The notes beneath the pieces are model-generated. The model had not been told where the DNA came from. It did no database searches and saw only the letters and a program-made list of their open reading frames with translations. Source: Paraspadella gotoi (lineage: Eukaryota > Animalia > Chaetognatha). Taken from it: a stretch of DNA of 64,000 bases. Position numbers and translations under genes: made by a program. Position 1 is the stretch's first letter. Every line of letters starts with the position of its first letter. This document shows, piece after piece, positions 1-14,394 of this stretch. The stretch spans positions 10,261,741 to 10,325,740 of the forward strand of contig CM119270.1 of the NCBI GenBank assembly GCA_051294375.1, written 5' to 3'.

Positions 1-788
1 CCTTCATATCTTTTTACACCCTCTAACGACATTTTAGGAACTCAAATTTTTTTGGCGAAGTAGAGAGAGAGAGAGAGAGATGGAGAGAGGGAGAAGCGAG
101 AGAGAGCATGAGAGAGATGGAGAGAGCGAGTGAGAGAAATTGAAAAACACTCAAGCGGTTCTCTCGAGTTTCCGTGGCTCTTAGACGGGCCTTAACCCTA
201 CACCATGATGCACCATTCGCCGACGCGAGCGTTCAGTCCCACTGCCCCTCATCATTCGCAGCCCCGTCCCCCAGCCCTCGCCTCTCCCCATTAGCCCCGC
301 GACTCGAAACCCGCCCGTTCCCATGGGGTTGTGGCTTTCCAAGTAATAATATCGACTCAAAGCTTTTCTCATCCGTCGTCGCGCCACGGAGCGGGCTAAA
401 GAGAGAGAGAGAAATTTAAAGAGAGAGCGAGACATTGGGACTCGCTCTCTATCTCTCTATGTTTAACTCACCGAACCTCTCCCATCAACTCACCCGAAAA
501 TTTGGCTAAAAAGTGGGTTTTTTAAAACCATTTGCGAACGCTTTTCAGTCGCCCCCCTTTCGCCGCTTTATGAGAGAGAAGAGAGGAAGAAGAAGTAGCA
601 GATGAAGAACGAGAGAGAGAGAGAGAGAGAAGAGATGAAGAGAGAGAGGAGAGAGAAGAAAAAAGAGATAGGGAAAAAGAACGCTTGGGAGAGAAGTTTA
701 GGAGTTTGAAGAGGAGAGAAGCAACGCATTCTCCCTGTTTCTCTCTCTCTCTCTCTCTCTTCTCTATATATATATATATATATATTAG

Positions 789-822
<34 letters not shown>

Positions 823-3800
823 GGTTTGGGTGCTGACTGCGTTCATATATTGCCCCCTCATTCAGATGATCGAGGCCTCCAATGGATTCCCATAGAAAAC
901 GCGGGGAATTTGCAATTGGCTGACGCCGTTTCATCGACCGGCGCTTTCGGCCGGCGTCTCTCTCTCTTTCTCTTTCAGTCTCTTTCACGCGTGGTTTTCT
1001 TATAAGGCCCCACTGTCGGCGCTGGGGAATGCTCGCAACGGGGCCTTGTAGAGAAAACGCGGCGGAAAGAGGGGGCCGGGTGATCGGGAAAGGGAAAAGC
1101 CGGAGACGGGGCCTCGTTGAATTGCGTGGGGCGTCGCGCCGCAAATTTTTTCCCTCCCTCCCTCTCTCTTATTTTTTTTTCTTTTTCTTTTATTACTTCC
1201 TTCTTTTTTTTCTCTTCCCTTTTTTCATCTAGTTCTTCCTCTTTGTTGAACTGCTTCGTCTTTTCTAACTTGTTTTCTTTTCCTTTTTTCTCTCTTTATC
1301 TTTCTCCTCTTCTCTGACTTTCTTCCCTTCTAAGAGCCGAGAGACGGGAGATTTTTCTAATTTTTTTCTTTCCTTTTTTATTTCATTTTTAAAGATGAAG
1401 CCGAAGATGATGATGATGACGATGAAAAAAGATGAAAAGAAAAAGAATTTAAAGTCGTTTACGTCAAAGGTAGAGAATCAGGCCTTTTTTAAATTGTTTT
1501 TATTTTCTCCTTGTGTTTTTAAGATTTTATGTACTATTTCGCCTCAGGATGAAGATTAAAATTTTCTTATCTAAACGTATTAGAAAAAAAAAGCCTTACA
1601 GGATTTATCATTGGAAGGCTGGGTGGCTCTATCTGTTCGATGAATAGAATTAATGAATTAAAAAACAAAAAGCACTCAAAAACGTATTTCAGGTTAGTTT
1701 ACTTCGTAGATTCATTCTTTTTGATTCATTTTTTGTCTATTCTAGTCGCTAAAGACCCTCAAACCCGCTTACAAGATTTATCTGCCCCATCTGAATCACC
1801 GTGTAGAGTCATATCTGCTTCATCTCTTCGCAAAACCAACGCAGGATCGGTTAAAGCGAAAACAAGGGCGTCCGAGAGATAAGACCCAAAGGAGAGGGAC
1901 GTCCGTTTTGGGCATAGTGGGATTCATCACGGGACGCTTACACCATACCAATAACTTACCCACTTGTTAAATTTTCCTTTTCCTAACTTTTTACATACTT
2001 TGCTTCTGTTGCCTTCTTTCTCTTCCCTCCAATTCTTCATCTTTGATTCTCTTTTCCACCTCCTCTCTCTTCTATTTCCCTCTTCCCTGCCGATGCTCTT
2101 TTCTTCCTCCCTACCTCCCTTCCTCCTCCTCCTCCTCCTCCTTCTCCACAAGTTCCTTCGTTGTCCCGCCAAATGCCATGGGGTGGATCCCTCCCCGAGT
2201 AATGAGCGAGATGGAGGGGGGAAGGAGGAACGAGCGCTCCATTGGACCATCAGCGCTCCCCCCCTTCTCCTCCACCTTTTGACTCTCTCTCTCTCTCTCT
2301 CTNNNNNNNNNNNNNNNNNNNNNNNNNNNNNNNNNNNNNNNNNNNNNNNNNNNNNNNNNNNNNNNNNNNNNNNNNNNNNNNNNNNNNNNNNNNNNNNNNN
2401 NNNNNNNNNNNNNNNNNNNNNNNNNNNNNNNNCCACACACACACAAAAAACCGCCAATTGCCATTCGGCGTCGTCGCCAATTGCCATCGCGACCGACGCT
2501 CGAAACGGCGTCTCTTTTTTTCTTCTTTTATATTTTCTGTCTCTTTGCTTTTTTCCTTTTTTTTGGGTGAATTTGTTATAAGATATAAAGAATCACCAGA
2601 TTCCGGGGTCGANNNNNNNNNNNNNNNNNNNNNNNNNNNNNNNNNNNNNNNNNNNNNNNNNNNNNNNNNNNNNNNNNNNNNNNNNNNNNNNNNNNNNNNN
2701 NNNNNNNNNNNNNNNNNNNNNNNNNNNNNNNNNNNNNNNNNNNNNNNNNNNNNNNNNNNNNNNNNNNNNNNNNNNNNNNNNNNNNNNNNNAAAAAGGTTC
2801 CCACACTGTTATTTCGACGGCATATGGTGCAAGAGCCCATCGGTGGGAGTGTCGCCCCGCGGTCGACGCGCTTCGCCTTAGATTCATTTGTGTGTCGCGT
2901 CTAATTGGTCAACGCCTTTGATTCATTAAGATATTCGGTGACGATCGGCGATCGACTTTTCAGTAATTTCTTTTTTCCCTTTTTTTCTTGTCCTTTTTAC
3001 TTTCTCCNNNNNNNNNNTCTTATCCTAATTATCCGGTCTTAATTTATTCCTATTTTTTCCCCAATTCCTGATATATTCTTCTTATCATATTTTGTTCCTT
3101 CCTTTTTCCCCCCTTTTATTTCATATTTATTTTTCTCCTCATTTTCTTCATTCTTTCTCGCGCCCTAACAGTCTCTGTCTCTCCCTATCTTTTTATTCTT
3201 ATCTCTCTCCTTCTCACTATCTCTCTCTCTATTCTTCTCTCTTTTCTCTCTTTGCCCTTCCTCTCCTCTCTCTCTCTCCGTTCTTCTCTCTGCCCAAACG
3301 TCATCATTTCTGCTTTGCGTCTGTCACGAAGCAAAAGTAAAAACGGAGGCGCGACTCATTAATTTTGATAAAAGTGACGCGGGATGAGGCGTCGGCGTCG
3401 CGTGTCGGCAGAGACCCGGCGGAAGGTCGCCGCGATGCCGTCGGAGAATTAGCACAGGTTTTGAACGTCGACGATGCAACGGCAATGCTGGCGTTGTCGT
3501 TACCTGGCGATTGTGTGTCTGGAAACACTGAACGTCTTCAGTGTTTTCAAAATCTCCGCGATGTCAGCCAAATATAAACTTAGAGTCTATTGTCGGCAAT
3601 AAGTCGGTCCCGATCTCCTTCTTTCATTTCATTTTTGCTCAGAATTTCCTTTGCTCCCTGACTCTGTCTCTATCACTGTGGGTCCCTCACCCTTCTTTAT
3701 CTCTGCCACACATTCCTCGCTCGTTTTTCTTCTCTCCTTTCTACCCCCCACACTTCTTTTTATTCCCGCCACTCTCTCTCCAGCTTTTTTTTCTCCTCCG

Positions 3801-4752
3801 CCTTCTCGTTGGCGATATTCCACAAGTGTATAAGTCAAAATTGGCTAAAACGTGAAATAATTCGCCTTTTGAGAAGGAAAAAAAANNNNNNNNNNNNNNN
3901 NNNNNNNNNNNNNNNNNNNNNNNNNNNNNNNNNNNNNNNNNNNNNNNNNNNNNNNNNNNNNNNNNNNNNNNNNNNNNNNNNNNNNNNNNNNNNNNNNNNN
4001 NNNNNNNNNNNNNNNNNNNNNNNNNNNNNNNNNNNNNNNNNNNNNNNNNNNNNNNNNNNNNNNNNNNNNNNNNNNNNNNNNNNNNNNNNNNNNNNNNNNN
4101 NNNNNNNNNNNNNNNAGACAAAAAAAAGAATAGAAATAAAAATGATTGAATTATAAGATAATGAAAGAAAGAATTCACGCGTGAGTGAATGAACGAAGGA
4201 TCTAATGAAAATATATAAAAAGAAAAGAAGTCGCTGGAGCGAACGAGACATTTTTCACTAAGTTATATTGATATCCGAGAACCCAAGGACCGTCTGTTCG
4301 AATGAAAGAAAAAGAAAGAAAAAAANNNNNNNNNNNNNNNNNNNNNNNNNNNNNNNNNNNNNNNNNNNNNNNNNNNNNNNNNNNNNNNNNNNNNNNNNNN
4401 NNNNNNNNNNNNNNNNNNNNNNNNNNNNNNNNNNNNNNNNNNNNNNNNNNNNNNNNNNNNNNNNNNNNNNNNNNNNNNNNNNNNNNNNNNNNNNNNNNNN
4501 NNNNNNNNNNNNNNNNNNNNNNNNNNNNNNNNNNNNNNNNNNNNNNNNNNNNNNNNNNNNNNNNNNNNNNNNNNNNNNNNNNNNNNNNNNNNNNNNNNNN
4601 NNNNNNNNNNNNNNNNNNNNNNNNNNNNNNNNNNNNNNNNNNNNNNNNNNNNNNNNNNNNNNNNNNNNNNNNNNNNNNNNNNNNTCTTTCTTTATTTCTT
4701 TCTCTTGATTTCCCGATTCGCTATTTTGCTTCGACAAAAGAAATGTTTTGAT

Positions 4753-4902
4753 TTTCTTTCTTGCTTTCTTTCTTTCGTTCTTTCTCTCTTTTTTCTTTCT
4801 TTCTTTTTTCTTTCTTTTGTTTTTTTTCCCTTTTTTCTTGCTTTCTTTCTTTTTTTTTTCTTTCTTTCTTTCTTTCTTTTTTTCTTTCTTTCTTTCTTTT
4901 TT

Positions 4903-4990
<88 letters not shown>

Positions 4991-4995
4991 TTTCT
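4753..4995. repeat. (CTTT)n microsatellite (others at ~50650-50830 and 58605-58725)
   Basis: Directly visible. Confidence 0.95.
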
Positions 4996-7240
4996 ATTCC
5001 TCTTTCTTGCCCCTTTTCTTTATTTCCCCTTTTTTTCTTTCTTCCCTGTTTTTCTGATCCCGCTCCGATGTGGAGGAAGCCAAGGACTTGAAGGCCTCAT
5101 AAATCTGTCAATTTGGTTTCTCTTATTTCGGCGAAGAATTTAATCAGAGATGCAGCCAAACTCGTGTATCAGAACAAATTTTTTTTGCGCGCTCAGTAAG
5201 AATGGAGAAATAAAACTTAAAATATAGAAAAAAAAAAACAAACAGACAAATCTTTAGATTTTGAAAAAATTTAACGGATTAATGTTTTAAAAAATATAAC
5301 TTGTTAGTCTTGTATGAATAATATGTAGAAGTAAAACTAAATCAAAGAAATCAGGGAAACCGATAATTAAAAAAAAATAAATAAGAAAAAAAGGGAGAAT
5401 TATTTCTGACCTTCCCTCCTCGGTGGGAGAACACATAATAATAATCCCGTTCATCCAACGAAAAGAAAGAGAGGCGGAGACATATTTCATACAGAGAGGA
5501 GTAGAGGAAAGGGAGAGAGAGGGGGATGAAGGTGGAGAGGAGAGGGAGGAGAAGGAGAGGAGAGGAGACGGGGAAGAGGGAGAGGGAGAGAGAGGGGAAG
5601 TGAGAGAGAGAGAGAGGAGAGGGAGGAGGAGAGGAGAGAGAGGGAGGAGGAGAGAGAGGGGAGAGAGAGGAGGAGAGAGAGAGGAGAGGAGGACGGAGGG
5701 AGGAAGAGAGAAGAACGAGGAGAGGGAGAGAGAGAGGGAAAAGAGAGAGAACGAATGAGAGGGGAGAGGAGGAGGGGGAAAAGAAAATCGAATTTTCTTC
5801 AGAAATTTGAGGAGACTCCGTTGCGACGATTATTTTCACGGGGTTTTAGATTTTTACGAAAATTATGTTTCGACTTGGATGAGAGGGTGAGCGGGTAAGG
5901 AAAAAGCGGAGAGTTGGGGGACGTGGATGGAAAGAGAAAAACACCGCAGCGCCATTCTTCGAAAATTCAAACGCCAAAATTCGAAAAACAGAGAAAAAAG
6001 ATGAGACGAAGGAGATAAGTCGGAAAAAAAAGAAAAATAGAAATTAATAAAAAACGTTGGGAAAAAAAATAGATTGAGGACGCCGCTTTCCGATATATTC
6101 GGAAGAGGAAAAACTAAAAGAATCAGACTCATTTTAAAAATGGGAAAGAAGGGAAAAAAGGTGAAGAAGAATCCAAAGATTGGAAAGAAAAAAGGAAGTT
6201 GTGGGAGAGACTTGAATATTTCAATTCTACGAGGATGAAAATGTTTAAATTGTTATTAATATAAATAAACAGGGAAACAATTCTGATATCTAGTTTTTAT
6301 CGAGCACTCGAAACAGATTTGAAAAGCAAGTAACAATTGAATGCTCTCTTTAAGAAAAAAACTTTCATTATTAAAATTATAAATTGGGAGGAGGGAGCGA
6401 TGTGGGAGAGAGATAAACACCACGAAAGGACATACAAGAGAGAGGAGAAGGAAAAAAATTGGGAGCAGGAGATGAAAGTTCCCTCCCACAGAATATTAAA
6501 ACTTCGTCGAGAAACTTGTGGCGTGACGAAGAAGGATTGGCAAAGCAATTTCTATTTGGGGAACTGAGAGAATAGACGGAGAGCGAGAGGAAGAGAGAGA
6601 GTAGAGAGAAAGAGAGAGAAAGAGAGAGAGGAGGAGCAGAGATGGACAAGTGGGAGATGAGAGAGAGAGAGGTGGAGATGAGAGATGAGAGAGAGAGACG
6701 ATGAGAGAGATGAGAGAGGAGGAGAGTTATTCTTGGACGGCCAACGCTTAACTTCTTTCTTCGTAATAATTCAACGAATGCCAACTTTGGCGTTAACCCC
6801 AAATTACAAGAAATTCATTAAAAAAAGTGAGCAAAAATGTCGGGTTTCTGCCCACGATCAATTATATATAGATTAAATTAATAATTAATTCAAGTTAAAT
6901 TAATTAATTAGGCCCCAATAATTAATTAATGTTGTTTTTTAGGTCTTTTTCGTCACCTAACCTTGAGCAAAAGCAAATGACGACGATGAGAAATAATGCC
7001 GATAACGATTTGACTGATATTGATTGGTTGAATAAATTTAATTAATAGATAATAACTTTGGATTGATTTTATTGAAATAAGTATTTATTGATTAATTGAC
7101 TGTTTAAATTAATTATTGATTAAAATTAATTGGACTAATTATTAACTAATTAATTATTTATATTATATACATCTTGGCATTTACATTTAATTATTAAAAA
7201 TAAATTAAAAGTATAATCATTAAACAAATAGTGAAACAGG

Positions 7241-7812
7241 TTTTTTCGTTTTCCATTTTCAAAACCTCTCATTTCCACTTCAAACGTTCCATCGAAAGAT
7301 TTGATTTCCAGTTAATCACACACTTTTCCTACCCAAAATACAAATTTCAAGTCAAGCGCCCCATCCACTCATGAGTAAATTGTGTTTTCAAATGAGAAGA
7401 AAATATATTTATTTTGTTTTCCATTAAACCTCATTTCCACTTTTGGACGATTTTCCAATCGAGACTTCATATCCAGCGCTCAATCACACACTTCCTTCTA
7501 CCCACACACAAAATTTTCATTCCAATCCATTCCATCAATTTTCACGAGTAATTTGGGGTTTTTGCTAAGGTGGGACAGACGAACGGACGGACGGACAGGA
7601 TATGGACGGACACCATTACAGACGACAGACAGACAGATGGAGGAGGACATTCATTTTTTTTTTTTTGCATAATTTATCATAATTCGATGTTCTGACATGA
7701 TATAAGTTGAATGGCACGACAAGATTTGAGGGGGCCGGACCGAGAGGACCGACAAAGTGAATTATAGAGTTCGGGAATCTTTTTGCTGAAGGCAGATACC
7801 GACTAAAAAAAA
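7241..7812 (-). mobile_element. Inverted noisy copy of the HINE-like element
   Basis: Reverse complement of 24533-25050: (GGAC)/(AGAC) tract at 7575-7645, hairpin remnant at 7765-7805, two core units at 7241-7560. Confidence 0.65.
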
Positions 7813-9784
7813 GAAGTTTGAATCCCACACACCATATTTTGTTATCTGAGTTCGTTGCGATTAACCAGATTTATGACCTTCTATTCGTCCTCCTCCTCTT
7901 CCTCCTCTTCCTTTCCTCACAACTTTTAATCGGATTAAAAAATTTTCTCCCGAAATGAAACCTGTGGTTCCATCTCGAGTCTCGTGGAAAAACCGAGAAA
8001 AATCACGGAGGTGGTGTTTGTTAACTGAACGAGAGAGAGAGAGACGGACCGAGGAGCAGGAGAGAGAGAGAGAGAGAGGGATGAGAGAAGGAGAGAGGAG
8101 AGAGAGAGAGAGAGAAGAGAGGAGATAGAGAGGAGGAGTGAGTTGAGACCGGGGCCCCTGGAGGCTCCAAACCGAAATGGATGCAACATCATGAAGGAGG
8201 ATTTGGAGAAAGAAGCTCAGAGATTCGAAAGAAAAACTCCTCAGCCTTCCAATCAAAAAGGGATTCACGACACTCTCTTCTCCCCTCTCTCTCTCTTTCT
8301 AGCTCCGCGGTCTCGCTCTTCTATCCTCGCAATCGATTGATCCCCAAAAATCCGCGAAAGAAGATTGTTTTCTCGTTTGGAACTTCGTCGATGAAGAGGA
8401 TTCAATGATGTTCATATAATCGAGGGTCGGGGGGATTTTGGCTTTTGGAGGAGGGAGAGAGTAGGGGTCGGGAAGGAGGAGAGAGTAAGGGGTCGGGAAC
8501 GGGAATTTTTTTTTCGATTTTTCCAAGAAAATGTAGGGAAGGTTTTTGGGATCAGAGCAAAAAAATAATTACCTGATCGAATGTTTTTTTTTGTTTTTTT
8601 TTTTTGATTCCCATAACCAAGAACTTACTCACCCAAAGAGATTATATTTTTAAAACTACATCTTTGAAGATCGAAAGAAAAGGACGCGGTGAAAAAAAAA
8701 AAGAGGAATTGAAAAACATGTTGAAAATTTCATTAAATACCAAAGCTGAAAACTATAGCTAAGACAACATTCGAGGTCAAATAACGATTTGCGAATAAAA
8801 AAATTTAAAAAAAAGCATTATGGTCTGATGAAGATGCGAGAATATCGACGGACGAGGACGACGACGATGACGACGACGTACGATTAAGACGACCGTCTCG
8901 AGACACGAGTTCTTCCGCCCCGACGCCGTTATGGACACGCCATAACGCGATTTCAGAGATAGAGAGGGAGAGAGAGATGATGAGAGAGAGAGAGAGCAGG
9001 AGAGTGAGAGAGGAAGAAGAGGAGAAGAGAGAGAGAGATGGACGAGGAGATGATCGTGAGAGGAAAGAGGAGAGAGAGGAGAGACGTCATAACCAAGGCT
9101 AAAGTCTCCCTTAATTTAGTTCTGTTCTATTATTTGCAAGAAATGAAATCCATTGTTTCATTCCGCTTTTTGTAATAAAAATTCCTCTTTTTCTTTTTCT
9201 TTTTTTCTTTTCCTCGTTTTCATTCTTTCCTACTTCCCCTTAATTACTCTCGTCCACCTCAAAGAGAATTTCTATCCTAAACTGTGCGGCCACGTCAATC
9301 GAGCGACCCCGGGAGACCCCCCCTCTCGCCCAGAGTCCCTTCGGTCCAAACCCGAATCCCGAAACCCTCTCCCCCTCTTTCTCGTCAGTTCTTGGACGCT
9401 TTGCCATTCGTCAGCCGATAGATTGTCAAGCTCTCTTCGCGCCGGTCTGTTGACTTGGCGTTTACGCTTTTTAGGGGGGCGGGGAGAGAAGACGGCGAGT
9501 GTCGGGCGGCGGCGGCATCAGTCCACCGGAAGTTGCGCGATGAAGTTTTTTTTTAATGACGCCGACGATTTGGAGCCCCGAACGGTTTTAGCGGCTGGCG
9601 ATGGAAAACCGAGACAAAATTAGAAAAAAATATTGGCGGTGGAGAAAAACGAAAGTCTCACAAATTATGAATACGAGACCAATTTAGAGGGTTATTTCAT
9701 TTAGAACTGATTAGATTAGTATATTTCAACTCGCTTTCAATCATAATATTTGAATATGGTGGTTGTTGAAGCAAAGGAAAGATA

Positions 9785-9836
<52 letters not shown>

Positions 9837-10341
9837 AGGAGAGAGAGATCGATGAGAGAGAGAGAGAGAGGGAATGAGAGTAGACCGATGGGAGACGGTA
9901 CTAAAAATTATGACATTCATGTCATCATCTAATCATGCAAGAGAAGCGGAAAAGACACAAACTGTATAGGGCCGATGGTTCGAAACGTGATATGCGGGCA
10001 GTGTCCTTGGACAGTAGTTGAAAGACGAGAGAGTGGAGAAAGAAGGAGAGAGAGAGAGAAACGAGGATAGACGAGAAGAGAGAGAGAGAGAAGAGAGAGA
10101 AACATTGAAATAGGAGAGTAACTGAAATATATGAGAACGGATAAACACGCAACTCTCTCTCTCTCTCTCTTCTCTCTCTCTTTCCCTCTCTCCAGATGAA
10201 ATATCCGTGTTATGTTTCTTAGACGCCTCAAAATCAGACTTTCTCGTGTTGCTTTTCTTTGTCGCTTTTTGGCCTCAAGGACGAGGAAGACGAACAACCC
10301 ACGACGACGACGACGACGACGACGACAGGACGACAAGACGA

Positions 10342-11272
10342 CAGCGAACATCAAAAAAAAGTTAAAGTTATGATAAAGTTAGTTAATACGTTGTCAGACC
10401 ACTATTTGCTTCCCAGCCACCACCTCCCTGCACAATGAAGGGAGAGGTTGTAGGGCTGCCACAAAATATGAAGGGTTCAGCTCCCCAATTCATTTTAAAT
10501 TTTTTAGAATTTGTTGACTGTATGGCGTTATACTGTTAAATATCCCTTTTCATCCTTGACCAACATTTTTGATGAAATTGGCAGTCAGGTAGTTTCCGCG
10601 GCCAACTTTGAGCACTCGATCCCATTTTCCTCATGACATTTTTGAGTGGTTTTAGCTTTGTATCCAAGAGCTCTATCCTCCATGAAAAGCGCCATTCACT
10701 GTTGAAAGACTGGCAAACACTTCCTCTTCTCTCCATTTTTTTTCTTAACTGGCTTACAGAAACCTTACAATCTTGAATTGCGAGACTATCACGTCATCGT
10801 TCTCACTTCTCCGTTGGATATGCAAGCCGCCTGCTTCAACAGCTGTCCAAGGTGTCCAGTTGCTTCAATTAGTTGACAACTCTTGCAGATTGGTTGTTAG
10901 AAGGGAAATAAAACTGTCTGGCGATCCTATATCTTGACAAAACCCCCCTTCCAAATCTCAACTATGCAGCTTTTCCTTTTGAGGCATCAGCTGTTTTGAA
11001 GTTTCCATGGTAAAAAAACACAAAAAAAACAAAAAAACAAGTGGATAAAAAAATTTTTCTACAAAAAAAAGGAATTTTAAGACAATTTTTTGATTTTCCT
11101 TTTTTTTTATTTTAGCACAGCTTCTATAATATTTAGCTATAAAAACCTCTGTCATGGGCCGGATGAAAGATATTTTATTTTTTAATAAAAATTTATTTTT
11201 AAATTAATAGGACGACAGACAAGGAGATAGTAGGGAGTTTCAAAGTTTAAACTTTTTTTGAAGGCAGATCTG
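10342..11272 (-). mobile_element. Inverted, noisier copy of the same Tc1-like remnant (transposase relic 11008->10383)
   Basis: Reverse complement of 14395-15320. The ORF track shows METSKQLMPQK and SWPRKLPDCQF..WSRMKRDI. It lies inside inverted arm A, so it is probably the same genomic copy assembled twice. Confidence 0.8.
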
Positions 11273-11345
11273 TATTTAGCATTAGCCAGATTATAATGAT
11301 AACTACCATGAAAAAGGGTTTTAGTCAAAAAAATGGGCGAGGAGG

Positions 11346-11547
11346 CGTCAACGTCGATGTCTCCCTCATTCGCCGTCAACGTCGATGTCATCCTCATCTC
11401 GCGCCCCATCCAACATCGATGTATTCCCATTCGCGTTAACGTCAATGTATTCTCATAAATCGCTATTAACGTCGATGTCTTTCTCATTCTCGCATACGTC
11501 GATGTCATTCTCATCACGCTGTCAACGTCCGATGTCATTCTCATCTC
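11346..11547. repeat. Inverted copy of the 29-bp minisatellite
   Basis: Units of tcgccgtcaacgtcgatgtcatcctcatc, with indel noise. Confidence 0.9.
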
Positions 11548-11681
11548 CAAAAACCAATTTTCCAGTTTTACGCCAACTTTTTTTGTTTCTTTTATTTTAT
11601 TTTTTTTTTTTTTTTTTTTTGGAGGGCTTTTTTTTTGTTTCGGCTTGAAATTGGAAACCGAGGGGTGCGTCCTCTCTCTTT

Positions 11682-11718
<37 letters not shown>

Positions 11719-11765
11719 CTCTCTCTCTCTCTCTCTCTCTNNNNNNNNNNNNNNNNNNNNNNNNN

Positions 11766-11799
<34 letters not shown>

Positions 11800-13019
11800 T
11801 TCTCGCCTTGCATCGATCGCCCACGTCGAATTTTGGCGCGTTTCGTCGTAGAAAGATAGAGAAGGAGAGAAAGAAGGAAAGACAAACCGAGGGAGACAGA
11901 AAGACGCGGAAACTGGTCCTTTTTTTTCTCAATCGATAAATTAAATCGAAGAGAAATACGATCGGGAACAATTGAGGCAAAGTATTTGTATTGATTCTAT
12001 TTTCTTCTAAAAATGAGGAAGAGGAGAAGGAGGAGGGTAGGACGATGAGGAGGAAGAGGAGAAGGAGGAGGAAGCGGATGAAAAAATTAGGAGGAAAAAA
12101 TAAAGGAGAAAGATTTAGAGTTGACACTCTTTGTCTCCGTGGGGTCTCTCTTTGTCCCCTCGACGAACCCCGAGGGTGGGAGTCAATCTTCCCAATCCAG
12201 TTTTTTTTTTATTTTGTTTAGTTTTTAATTTAAAAGTTAAAAAAAGTTCATTCTTTTGATACATTGAAGGACAGTAAATCTTGGATTGGGAAAGATCGAA
12301 TGACGGGTTTCGATCGCGCCCCCTTCTCTCCCCCCTGAGTTTCATTAGCTCGAGAATTAACTCGAAAGAAGGGACGCGTTATTTATTACTCCTGAAGTTA
12401 TTTATTACTAATGACATGATTTATAGTTTTCCTTTACATGTTTTTTTGAGGTGGGAGATAAAAGAAATTCGGACGTGGCTCTGGCGAGACGAATAACTCT
12501 GACATCATTATTTTAAGTTGAGTATAAGTGATGCAAGTTAGTGTGAGACATCATACGTCAATGGTTGTTTGCTTATGGCTATTATCATTTTCTCAATCAA
12601 AGCAAAACTGAATTTTATTCTCCTAATTCTGATTCCACTGATTCTCCTGATTTGCATATTCTTCTAGTTTTTTTCATTCTCTTCATTCTGTTTTTTTTTT
12701 TCTATCTCAATATCATCGTTCTCCTTATTCTTTTAATTCTCCTTGTTCTCTTCCTTCTCTTCCTTCTCTTCCTTCTCCTCATTTTCTTCATTCTCTTCAT
12801 TATCTTCCTTATATTCATTCTCCTTTTTCTCTTTCTTCTCTTTCTTCTCTTCATTATCATCATTCTCTTCCTTTTCTTCATTCACTTCATTAGCTTCCTT
12901 CTCTTCAGTCTCATCATTCTTTTCCTTCTCTTCATTCTCTTCGATCTCGTTGTTCTCCTATTTCTCCTGACTTTCTTAATTCTCCTCGTTCTCCTTATTC
13001 TCGTCGGATCAAATCGAGC

Positions 13020-13420
13020 GCCGCCTCCTCCGTCGTTTTCGCCAAAACATGACAGGTAAACAACGCCGCCGCCGCGCCGCCGCCGCCGCCCGCGCCGACG
13101 CAGCCGCCGCCCCCGCCCCAACCACCTCCCCCGGCCGCCCGTTTTAGCCAACCCGATCCCACCATACCAATCCCCTTACCCCTCCCACTTCGAATGCACC
13201 CCCACTCCCCCCCATCCCCACTAAAATTTATCCGCCGGCCTCCATAAAAAAGTTGATGGCGTTTCCATCGACGTTGCCGTCGGCGCCCGGTTCTCGCGAC
13301 CGGCGTCGCTTTTTCGCTCTGGGTTTTCGTTCGACGCCGGTGATGGAACCATCATCGTTTCTGCGCGACGTCGTCATCGGCGTCGTTGTCGTTGGGGTTG
13401 TTGTCGTCGTTGTCGTCATC
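13020..13420. other. GC/CpG-rich island with (CCG)n and a C-run tract (G-quadruplex-capable on the - strand, 13105-13220)
   Basis: cgccgccgccgcgccgccgccgccgccc followed by many C3-C7 runs; function unknown. Confidence 0.45.
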
Positions 13421-13914
13421 TAGGGTACAACGATATTCTTGAGTCATGTTTTAGGAAACTCGACAAGCTACAATGACCTTGCGAGTTTTAACTAATAACA
13501 ACTAACAGTATTAACAGCGAAAATAATAATATCTTATAATTCTTAAGTCTCAAAAAATATACCTTATTTGTGTACCTATTTCAGTTTTTATTTTGAACCA
13601 GCCAGCCCCCGCTCAAGAAAATCAGCATTAATCTTTAAAGTTTATACCAAAAAAAATTACCAAAAAAATAAAATTTAATCTTCGAACAAAAATAATTTTA
13701 AAATTTTTTTTCTGGGTTAAAAAAAAATTGTAAAAAAATGTTTGGAGTTTACTTGAGTCTTGAGTCTCGAGTCTCGAGGCCGTTGAACAGGAGGGGAGGA
13801 GTCTTCGTTCTGTTTATTGTTTATGGATATTCGCTTTTCTGGTTTTCCATCTCATTTTCGAAAGAGAGAGGGGGAAAGAAGAGAGAAGAGAGAGAGGAGA
13901 GAGAGAGAGAGCAG

Positions 13915-13997
<83 letters not shown>

Positions 13998-14120
13998 ACG
14001 CCACCTCGGTTTCCAATTTCAAGCCGAAAACAAAAAAAAGCCCCCCAAAAAAAAAAAAAAAAAAAAAATAAAATAAAAAGAAACAAAAAAAAGTTGGCGT
14101 AAAACTGGAAAATTGGTTTT

Positions 14121-14321
14121 GAGATGAGAATGACATCGACGTTGACAGCGTGATGAGAATGACATCGACGTTGATGGCGAGATGAGAATGACATCGACGT
14201 TAATGGCGAGATGAGAATGACATTGACGTTAACGGCGAGATGGGAATGACATCGATGTTGATGGCGAGATGAGGATGACATCGACGTTGACGGCGAGATG
14301 AGGATGACATCGACGTTGACG
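14121..14321. repeat. 29-bp minisatellite, ~7 copies (gatgagaatgacatcgacgttgatggcga)
   Basis: Directly visible tandem units with 1-4 substitutions each. Confidence 0.95.
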
Positions 14322-14394
14322 CCTCCTCGCCCATTTTTTGACTAAAACCCTTTTTTCAGTGTAGTTATCATTATAATCTGGCTAATGCTAAATA

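Larger units (their letters stand above)
5490..11740 (+). repeat. Arm A of a large inverted repeat (reverse complement of 13865-17251 joined to 24341-26428)
   Basis: Collinear reverse-complement matches by eye, e.g. 11641 cggcttgaaattggaaaccgagg vs 14004 cctcggtttccaatttcaagccg, and 5870 tcgacttggatgagagggtga vs 26248 tcaccctctcatccaagtcga. Bounded by GA/CT microsatellites and ends at a 25-N gap (11741-11765). Rich in 1-bp insertions relative to the other copy. Confidence 0.92.

Noticed and set aside
900-1150. CCAAT (915) plus TATAA (1001) plus GC-rich stretch as a core promoter
   Set aside because: Short motifs expected by chance; no downstream exon identified.
12565-13059. 164-aa hydrophobic 'membrane protein' ORF
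   Set aside because: Translation of a degenerate (TTC/CTC)n tract; no splice or homology support.
14121-14321. 29-bp repeat as a CRISPR array
   Set aside because: Units are head-to-tail with no spacers; it is a minisatellite.
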